Source of the DNA: a virus
Virus record (IMG/VR): IMGVR_UViG_3300009159_000056
Coordinates: 1 to 64,000 of that record
Strand: one strand, 5' to 3'
DNA length: 64,000 nt
Numbering within the stretch: position 1 is the first letter of the stretch; the number at the start of each line of letters is the position of its first letter. Both the position numbers and the translations under genes were made by a program. The notes under the pieces were generated by a model. The model saw nothing but the letters and a program-made list of their open reading frames with translations, was not told the origin of the DNA and made no database searches. This document shows, in pieces, positions 7,562 through 15,307 of the stretch.

Positions 7562-9646
7562 TTAAAACTTGCCGACAATTTCAGAGAATTGAACACCAGT
7601 TCTTACAGCAACGAAATTGAGCTGAATGAAGTTGATAGAACGGGCTGGCTTGATGTAGATATCGCCCCAGAATTCGTTACGATCAATTCTTTCGCCAGTA
7701 TTATTAGTTCCATCGCAAACAACGAGGAAGTCAGTAATACCACGACGACCCTGAATGTCGCGGAGATAAGGTGTCACAAGGCTCTTAAACTGTGCACGAG
7801 TAAATTCGTCATTGAACTCGAACAAGAAGAACTTAGAAGCAGTAGCGATAGCCTTTTCAAGAACAATGAATAGGCGACGAACGTTAATGCGATCGAATGC
7901 TGATGGCTTAGACTGAAGTGTCTTATCACCGTAAAGCACAGTACCCTGACCTGGGAATGAAACAAGTGGGTTGATGCTATTCTTGTAAAGAATATCTCTA
8001 TCAGCCTGTTTTGGATTCCAACGAAGCTTAACAAGATTTTTAAGCTGACCACGATTGAAACCAGCTGGAGACCACCATGGATCACGAACGCTATCGGTAC
8101 GAGCACAAAGACCAGCTACGTCGCCATTTGCTGGGATATAACGGTATACGTCGTTATAACGATCATACTGATACTTATAACCAGAATCGAGAACAGCGTA
8201 TGAAGAATCATGGATATTATTTCTCCATTCAACAAGCTTAAGTGCTTCGTTACCAGCATTAGTTATTACTACAGAATCTTCTGGAGAAACAAGAACGATA
8301 CAGTCCTTACGAGTTTCGCAGATATTGTCGATAATGTAGTTAGCTAGCTGATATGTTCCGCCAGATCCGATTGGCTTACCCTGAAGGATAAGAGAAACGT
8401 CAACATCTTCAGCTGATTTGTATAGATCATAACCAGCGGCTACTGTACCTAATGAAATTGATGATTCAGAAACACCATCTTGACCGCCAATAAAATCATA
8501 AATTGTTGTAGTTGTATTATCTGAATCTGTAAGATTTGCAGCGGTGTTAGAGTTAATACCAGGTAAATCGCTCGCTACCCAGATATATTTTGACGTTTGA
8601 TTAATTACTTGTTTGTAATAATTAATTGCTCCACCGACAGTCTTAGCATCAGTAGCACGCGATACACCGTTATATACTTCAAGAACTGTACCTGGAACTC
8701 CAGTAAACAAACCTCTTTCGTCAGTAACTACAACGTGCATTGTGTCAATAACAGAAGAATTACCAAAGTTATTTTGATAGTCAGAAGTTGTTGGGCTATT
8801 TTCTACGTAAGTGCTATTGTTCCAAATACGGCTAATAGTAGAATTTACTGTATCGCTTGTGCTAAAATCTGTTGAAAGTCTATAAGTAGTATCGAAATTA
8901 ATAGGTAAAAACGCACCTGTTGAGTTAGCAACGTAACTTCCAAGAGAAGAAATACGAAGGTTTTGAGTGCCAATAGATCCGTTACCTACTACTAATGAAT
9001 CGCCAGGAGTGATATACTGTTCTAAGTATATACCATAATCGTCAGCGTCACCTGCAGTACCACCGCCACCTGGAATAACTGATAGAAGGCCACTAGAACT
9101 ACCAACGCTGATAGAAAGGTTCGCAACAACGTCAACAACTTGTGAAACGTCTTCTAAACCATTCATATACAATATTTTCGAAAATCCATCAGCGTTATCA
9201 CAAATGGAAATTTTCAGCGAATTGCCGACAGAGCCTGCATATCTAGCTACGAAATAAACGTTAGCATCAAAGGTTTTAGTTGCATAATCTTCGTTGTTTT
9301 TAACAACTTGCGCTGTCATATCATCAACATCTCCAACTAATGCAGGTCCGGCAACAGCGGACAAAGTTGCGTTCGCTTCAGCAGTAGTATTAGCAACACG
9401 AGTTACGTAAAGACGATTACCGTAGGAAAGGAAATTTGCAGCAGTAAACCAAGTTTCAGCATTGTTTGAAGTTGGCTTGCCGAATGTGCTTACTAGTTTT
9501 GTTTCTGTATCGATCAATTGTCTTGTGCCGATTGGACCCCAGTTGAACACACCAGCAATAGCACCATCGCTGGTAGCAACTGCAGGTACAATACCTGTTA
9601 GGTCGATTTCGGAAACATTTACACCTGGACTTAGTTGAAATGGCAT
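7562..9646 (-). CDS. gp18: Contractile tail sheath protein
   Basis: MPFQLSPGVNVSEIDLT, PWWSPAGFNRG, AFDRINVRRLF, YIKPARSINFIQLNFVA. Confidence 0.98.
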   Translation of the reverse strand: MPFQLSPGVNVSEIDLTGIVPAVATSDGAIAGVFNWGPIGTRQLIDTETKLVSTFGKPTSNNAETWFTAANFLSYGNRLYVTRVANTTAEANATLSAVAGPALVGDVDDMTAQVVKNNEDYATKTFDANVYFVARYAGSVGNSLKISICDNADGFSKILYMNGLEDVSQVVDVVANLSISVGSSSGLLSVIPGGGGTAGDADDYGIYLEQYITPGDSLVVGNGSIGTQNLRISSLGSYVANSTGAFLPINFDTTYRLSTDFSTSDTVNSTISRIWNNSTYVENSPTTSDYQNNFGNSSVIDTMHVVVTDERGLFTGVPGTVLEVYNGVSRATDAKTVGGAINYYKQVINQTSKYIWVASDLPGINSNTAANLTDSDNTTTTIYDFIGGQDGVSESSISLGTVAAGYDLYKSAEDVDVSLILQGKPIGSGGTYQLANYIIDNICETRKDCIVLVSPEDSVVITNAGNEALKLVEWRNNIHDSSYAVLDSGYKYQYDRYNDVYRYIPANGDVAGLCARTDSVRDPWWSPAGFNRGQLKNLVKLRWNPKQADRDILYKNSINPLVSFPGQGTVLYGDKTLQSKPSAFDRINVRRLFIVLEKAIATASKFFLFEFNDEFTRAQFKSLVTPYLRDIQGRRGITDFLVVCDGTNNTGERIDRNEFWGDIYIKPARSINFIQLNFVAVRTGVQFSEIVGKF

Positions 9647-9692
9647 TTTATTTCTCCTTCCATGGAAAAAAGATAAGGTAATTTGTCTGAAT

Positions 9693-9700
9693 TATTTATA
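9693..9700 (-). promoter_or_regulatory. Late promoter TATAAATA upstream of gp18
   Basis: tatttata overlapping the gp17 stop, within the palindrome tatttataaata. Confidence 0.8.
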
Positions 9701-11342
9701 AATATCCGTCTTTTAAATCTGACAACCAATTTCCACGAGGAGTTAAATCTATAACTTCTTGTATATCATCGCCTCTACCATCATCTACGAACCCAAAAGG
9801 AGACAAATCTTGCATAATCTCTTCGTCAGTTTTATCTCGTAATCTCATAAGCGTATTTATATCAGTATAATCTTTGAAGTATTGCTGCTCTGATAACCAT
9901 CCAAATAACACCAATCCCATCACAAGGTCATCATGAGCGCCTTCTTCGGCTTCATAGCTCTTGCCTTTTTTCGAAAATCTAGCTAATTCTTCAATGGTAT
10001 GAAAATCATTAATGATAAGCTGGTTCTGTTCAATCAATAGTTTCAACAAAGAGCAACCGTTTGCTTTAACAGGAACCGTAGTTCTTACGCCCATGTCAAC
10101 AGCTGTACCGAAACCAGAACTAATTTTCTTGCCGTTTCTACCATTGTTTTCAGTAAATAGAATATTGTCATACTCGAAATCATAATGTAATGAATGACTT
10201 ACTTGAGCACCCATGTTATTGACTTCGACTAGTACTGGCGCTTTGTTGTATGCAATAGCAATACGATGGACAACTTCAGCATAATCTAATGGTGTAATTA
10301 AGTTGTTTCGATAAACACATACTTGCTGATATGGCATTTGTGAAACATCAAGAACATGGAAAGCTGAATAGTCTAAAGCTCTACCTTCAGATACGTCAAC
10401 AACAATACCATATCTGTGACCTGCTATTGGGCTACAATAAACTGATAGACCATCTTTGGTGTTTACTGGCGTTTGATGAACTAACTCTTTTAGTTTCCAA
10501 CCAGCGATAAGCGTACCCGAGCTACCCATAAACTCAACACAGTATTCTTGCTGGAATTTCTCAGTATCGAAGTTCATAGAAGCGAGTGTATCTGTTTTCC
10601 ATTTTTCATCACGACCAGGAACGGCGTCCCACATAACCTGAATAGGTTTGTAACCATTTCGATTTTCTCTAGCGTTAACCCAAATAGAATAGAAGTGGTT
10701 TAATCCGTTTGGTGTAGACACAAGGATAATTTTAGATTCTTCGCCTGACGAAATAGTAGGATAGACAGAGGTGAAGAACGTATCCCAGTTTTCAATAAAC
10801 GCTGCTTCGTCGATAAACAGTAGGTTGATAGAGTAACCACGGATAGCAGAGGCAGATGTTGCAGTAGCGATAACACGGCTGTTGTTTTCAAGTTCGAATG
10901 AACCTTTGTTCCACTCTTTAACACCATGCTGCAGCCAACGAGGCAGATGCTCGTACGCCAGCTGCACACGCCCGAGAATTTCTCTTGCAGTTTCGCCCTT
11001 GTTAGCAAGAAGAGCAACAGTTTTATCAGCATGAAAAATAATATACCAAAGGATAAATCCGCAAGTTACAGTAGACTTACCAGCCTGACGAGCAGTAGCA
11101 ATAACGTTGAAACGGTTTTCTTTCATAGCCAAGACCATCTCTTTTTGATAGTCATAAAGCTTGAAACTCACCAAACCCTTGTTGATGTTAATAATTTTCA
11201 TATGAGATTCGATAAAGTATATCGGATCTTCTGAACACTTAATGTACTCGCTAACTAAGTCAGGAGTCCATTCAATAGATTGATTTGATCGCTTAAGGTT
11301 TTTGTTACCGTTATAACCTTTGAGCTTACTTAGGTCCACCAT
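9696..11342 (-). CDS. gp17: Terminase large subunit
   Basis: Walker A ARQAGKST, Walker B LLFIDEAAF, STPNGLNHFY, nuclease DVSEG...HDDLVM. Confidence 0.98.
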   Translation of the reverse strand: MVDLSKLKGYNGNKNLKRSNQSIEWTPDLVSEYIKCSEDPIYFIESHMKIININKGLVSFKLYDYQKEMVLAMKENRFNVIATARQAGKSTVTCGFILWYIIFHADKTVALLANKGETAREILGRVQLAYEHLPRWLQHGVKEWNKGSFELENNSRVIATATSASAIRGYSINLLFIDEAAFIENWDTFFTSVYPTISSGEESKIILVSTPNGLNHFYSIWVNARENRNGYKPIQVMWDAVPGRDEKWKTDTLASMNFDTEKFQQEYCVEFMGSSGTLIAGWKLKELVHQTPVNTKDGLSVYCSPIAGHRYGIVVDVSEGRALDYSAFHVLDVSQMPYQQVCVYRNNLITPLDYAEVVHRIAIAYNKAPVLVEVNNMGAQVSHSLHYDFEYDNILFTENNGRNGKKISSGFGTAVDMGVRTTVPVKANGCSLLKLLIEQNQLIINDFHTIEELARFSKKGKSYEAEEGAHDDLVMGLVLFGWLSEQQYFKDYTDINTLMRLRDKTDEEIMQDLSPFGFVDDGRGDDIQEVIDLTPRGNWLSDLKDGYL

Positions 11343-11742
11343 TCTTCATATCCTCGATAACTTTCTGAAGATCTGCTGTAGAACCAACAAAAAGGTTATT
11401 AGTTACCTGTTGAGCATGTTCATTAGATGGGGCGTCAGCGGCGCTGATCTCACGGATTTGTTTTTGTAGCTCCATAAGATCTTTGTTAGCCTGGAGCATA
11501 GTGTCCATTAGTTTAGCTAATACTTCGAATGCTCTTGGATGTTGACTTGAGTCTGCTATCTGAGCTAACTTTTCAATAGCATAAGAGCCATTTTGGATTA
11601 CTTCATGAATATTACCACGAGCCATTTCGAAGTCGCTCTTAGCAGAATCATCATGCGCTTTGGCTACTATTGCTTTAACAGGATCATTAATAGGTGTTAA
11701 ATTCAAAGCATTATATATCGGATTGTTATTTCCAGTTGTCAT
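11326..11742 (-). CDS. gp16: Terminase small subunit
   Basis: DFEMARGN, SQHPRAFEV, VTNNLFVGSTADLQK; precedes gp17. Confidence 0.93.
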   Translation of the reverse strand: MTTGNNNPIYNALNLTPINDPVKAIVAKAHDDSAKSDFEMARGNIHEVIQNGSYAIEKLAQIADSSQHPRAFEVLAKLMDTMLQANKDLMELQKQIREISAADAPSNEHAQQVTNNLFVGSTADLQKVIEDMKNGGPK

Positions 11743-12581
11743 GGTACCACGTTAGTGTTGTTTGATACATAGCCATAATCAGTAGTAGCAGTAATCAAAT
11801 GAGGGTCAATAGATAAAGCAGCATTAGATGTTGGTTTGCCTTCTGATGTTAATCCAGGTTGTGTTTGAAGATAAGCAACAGGACTTGTATTACCAACGTA
11901 TTTATATAATTCACCATCAGCAGCGCCCTGTGGCGTATAGAATACACTGTTGGCAAATTTAATGATCTTACCTGTTTTAACAGGTCCGTAGATATAACCT
12001 TTGAGTGTGAAATCAAGAGTCCATGTTAGAGATCTACGGTCTTGCCAATTACCCTCGTAAACATCGTCCTGTGTGATAGAATCTAACACGACAGGAATTT
12101 CCATCGTTACTTCCATTTCAGGAATAAGATGAACAGTAGTTGTCCAGTCAGGAGTAAAGTAAGGAAGGATCTGCTCAATAATTTTCGTACCGTCTTCGGC
12201 GTTCTTTACCATAACGTGAAGCCTGAAACCGAAATTATACGGAACAGGTGTAAACTGATATTTCAATACTTCAGGATCTGTAGGTTTTGATACAGCGATT
12301 CGTTTAACTGTTCCTAGCTTTCTAGAAGGATCATATCTAATGTCAGTCATTTCGAAAGCCATAATTGGCAGAGTAGGTGTCGCTGTTTGACGATCTAGAT
12401 CAGGATCAGCGCCTACGCGAGCGAGCATTTTTTCTTTTGGGCTGTATGTGATAGGCACTTTGATGAACTGTGTCATGTGGCCAGTACCGTCTGTTCTGAC
12501 AATACTGATAGTATCGAATAGAGTACCAAACAACGTCACATATTTTCTAATTGTAGAAAAGTAATATACTTGATTGAACAT
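11739..12581 (-). CDS. gp15: Tail sheath stabiliser / tail completion protein
   Basis: FGTLF, KVPITYSPKEK, QILPYFTP, WTLDFTLKGYIYGP. Confidence 0.95.
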   Translation of the reverse strand: MFNQVYYFSTIRKYVTLFGTLFDTISIVRTDGTGHMTQFIKVPITYSPKEKMLARVGADPDLDRQTATPTLPIMAFEMTDIRYDPSRKLGTVKRIAVSKPTDPEVLKYQFTPVPYNFGFRLHVMVKNAEDGTKIIEQILPYFTPDWTTTVHLIPEMEVTMEIPVVLDSITQDDVYEGNWQDRRSLTWTLDFTLKGYIYGPVKTGKIIKFANSVFYTPQGAADGELYKYVGNTSPVAYLQTQPGLTSEGKPTSNAALSIDPHLITATTDYGYVSNNTNVVP

Positions 12582-13324
12582 TATACAACGCCTTCGCTGA
12601 ACGGATCGACGACAGTAAAGTCGATAAAGCTACTAGAACCTGATGGGAAATTAGCCGTGCCATCATTTAGTGTATCGTTTACTGCACCAGCAACATTGCC
12701 TTCAAAATCAAATTTCTCGACAACAACGAAATTTTCATTTTCGTCAAGTAGGTAATTACCTTCTTCGTCCGTGATAGAATAATCAAGTATGTTAGTTGAG
12801 AACTTAGTTTGGATAATATCGATATCAGGTATACCAGTGTTAAACTGTTCATCACTGTAATCAAACAATTCGCAAGTCAATTCCCATGTCTGTAAGCCGC
12901 CTAACTGATAGAACATCTCAAGTTTGCTTACTGATTTAATTTGAAATACTTTTTTGTTTAATGGGAAATAAACGATATCGCCTTCGTTTGGTCTTGACTG
13001 TGTAGTGTACGCAGCCACCTCTGAATTGAACACTCTTTGAGCGACAGAGAACGTAACCTGATCTCTGATCTCAAGACCAAATTTAGACATAAAGTTGCCA
13101 TCGCCAGTAAATCCATTTACCGATTTGATATACATTTCGACTTCATATGCTGTATCATAAACAGACTGATCGTCGGCTGTCAATAACTTATCGTAATTCC
13201 CAATTTTACGTGGGAGATAAATCATATCTTCGCCATATATTTTGATAGCTTCGATAATTAAATTTTCAAGTAAAGTTTGCTCGCCAGTAGATTTAAAATT
13301 ATTGAAGAAAAAATTGGTTGCCAT
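12581..13324 (-). CDS. gp14: Neck protein
   Basis: EAIKIYGEDMIYLPR, MSKFGLEIRD, RPNEGDIVYFP, FYQLG. Confidence 0.95.
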   Translation of the reverse strand: MATNFFFNNFKSTGEQTLLENLIIEAIKIYGEDMIYLPRKIGNYDKLLTADDQSVYDTAYEVEMYIKSVNGFTGDGNFMSKFGLEIRDQVTFSVAQRVFNSEVAAYTTQSRPNEGDIVYFPLNKKVFQIKSVSKLEMFYQLGGLQTWELTCELFDYSDEQFNTGIPDIDIIQTKFSTNILDYSITDEEGNYLLDENENFVVVEKFDFEGNVAGAVNDTLNDGTANFPSGSSSFIDFTVVDPFSEGVV

Positions 13325-13327
13325 ATG

Positions 13328-14068
13328 TTAACCAATCATGTCTGTAATTGGAAGGCTGTAACTCGAAATCATTTCAGCTTCAAGCTCTTTACGTTCTTCT
13401 GTAGCTTCATTATAAATTTGTTGACCGTTAAATGTTAAACCACCAGGAAGCTGCATACCCTGATATTTTTTAAGATTAGAACCCCACTGCTGTTTAATAA
13501 GAGCAGAAGCATAACGAGCTAACCAACGGTCGCCCCATGTTTTGGTAAACGTATTTGGCTCAACAACTTCATATGCTTCAACAATAACGAAATCACCTGT
13601 ATTGATAATTTTCCAATCAGTATCAATATAGAATCTATTAACGTGACGATTATAACGAATAGGCTGCTGACCAACAAGCATTTGCTCTAGGAACTGCACG
13701 TGCGAGAGTGCCATGTAGTATGGTACCATCGATACTGAAGTAAGAGTGTAAAGATCGTTCAAAGCAATTTGATATCGGATATTGAATAGATTGTTAGTAT
13801 TGAGACCCTGACCGATAGGGAATATGTTAACAGCACCAATGATATTGTCTGGTAGTGTGAAATATTTGTTGGTCTTATCTGTATCAGTTATCTGGTATTT
13901 GAAATATACTTTTTCGGTGCCGTCGAAATGATAGTCGGCAAAATATAGCAATGCTTCGTCGACACGATCATCTACCTGATCGTCGTCTACGTTAATTTCA
14001 ATAACTGGCTTACCTAATTTGCGAAGGCAGTATTCTTTGAAATCTGCTCTTGTTGCTGGAATTGCCAT
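13328..14068 (-). CDS. gp13: Neck protein
   Basis: YCLRKLGKPVIEINVDDDQ, IKQQWGSNLKKY..MQLPGG. Confidence 0.95.
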   Translation of the reverse strand: MAIPATRADFKEYCLRKLGKPVIEINVDDDQVDDRVDEALLYFADYHFDGTEKVYFKYQITDTDKTNKYFTLPDNIIGAVNIFPIGQGLNTNNLFNIRYQIALNDLYTLTSVSMVPYYMALSHVQFLEQMLVGQQPIRYNRHVNRFYIDTDWKIINTGDFVIVEAYEVVEPNTFTKTWGDRWLARYASALIKQQWGSNLKKYQGMQLPGGLTFNGQQIYNEATEERKELEAEMISSYSLPITDMIG

Positions 14069-14119
14069 GGTTTATCCTATTTGTTATAAAGAATATTTAG
14101 TTTATAGATTTCTGACAGT

Positions 14120-15307
14120 TTATGGAATAGTATATGTTGCTGCTGCTGTCCAAGTTCCACTTAAATAATTGGTTGAACGTATAAGAGTACCATTAGTTCC
14201 TACTGCTACATAACCATAAGTGCTATTACCATCAATCTCATAAAGAGTTTGTGTAAACCCAGAAATACTGTAATTGTTAATAGTAAAATATTGCGGTACG
14301 GTAACCGTTGAATCTACAGTATATAAAGCTCCGTTAGTTCCAACACCAACAAAATTTGTTGCATCTAATTCTTTTACGCCATAAAGAGTAGGTGAACTGT
14401 ATGTTACACCATTGTACACTCCTGATTGACTGTAAGTTATAGTCACCAAGCGTATTTGTGTACCAACTGCTATACCACTTAAACGAGTTAAAGAAAATGC
14501 CATTCTAGTACAATTTGCTACAGTACCAACGTTACCAACACCAGAGGTGTTGCAAAGAGACCAATATCCACCAGCACCTTGTTGTGCATTTTGACAATGT
14601 TGCCCTGTACTTGTTATTAGTATATGTCTACCATAAGTGGCGTTATAAGCATAATCATTTATAATGCCACCTATTGCTAAGTTTGCTCCTACATATGCAG
14701 TCAAACCAGCAGAAGATGCATTAAATAATGTCGCCCAAGTTCCCTCTACAGTAGTACAAAATATAACTGTACTAACTCCTCCTGTGCCTGTACTGGTGCT
14801 GTATCCAGCAACAATATATCGACCCGCAACTGAATCGTAAGATACTGCATTTATAATACCTGCAGTAACGCTAGTGTTCTTAGTCCATGTTACACCATTA
14901 TCGGTAGAATAAATCATCGTTGCAGGTCCAACAGCAATAAAATATCCATTAAAATATTTTACACGAACTAAATTTGCTGTAACTCCCGAAGGAGGGGATG
15001 TGACAATCCAAGTCGAACCGCCATCTGAAGATCTTACGATAGCTGCACCATCACCAACTGCTACTAGTATATTAGTGCCATTACTTGCGACACTCTTAAA
15101 ATTGCTGGTAATTACAACAGGAGTTCCATTCGTTTTACCATAAGCATTACTTAAAGATATAGCACCAGATGATGCACCTAATAAAAATCTTACAGTTGCG
15201 TCATTTAAACTTATTTGTGTAGTAGCAGCAACTCTCAATTCTAAATTAATAGATTGACCTGTAGTAGCGCCGCCAAGACTTATAGGACCAGTACTATTAA
15301 GTGCCAT
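14120..15307 (-). CDS. Putative fibre-tip adhesin with BNR/beta-propeller repeats
   Basis: N-term MALNSTGPISLGG...INLEL...ISLSNAYGKT; repeats VAVG..G....S.DGG.TW; coupled to the S74 fibre upstream. Confidence 0.6.
   Translation of the reverse strand: MALNSTGPISLGGATTGQSINLELRVAATTQISLNDATVRFLLGASSGAISLSNAYGKTNGTPVVITSNFKSVASNGTNILVAVGDGAAIVRSSDGGSTWIVTSPPSGVTANLVRVKYFNGYFIAVGPATMIYSTDNGVTWTKNTSVTAGIINAVSYDSVAGRYIVAGYSTSTGTGGVSTVIFCTTVEGTWATLFNASSAGLTAYVGANLAIGGIINDYAYNATYGRHILITSTGQHCQNAQQGAGGYWSLCNTSGVGNVGTVANCTRMAFSLTRLSGIAVGTQIRLVTITYSQSGVYNGVTYSSPTLYGVKELDATNFVGVGTNGALYTVDSTVTVPQYFTINNYSISGFTQTLYEIDGNSTYGYVAVGTNGTLIRSTNYLSGTWTAAATYTIP

Noticed and set aside
5083-11342. Introns, inteins or homing endonucleases in portal, sheath or terminase
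   Set aside because: ORFs are continuous and of near-normal length, with no intein or LAGLIDADG/HNH/GIY-YIG motifs seen.
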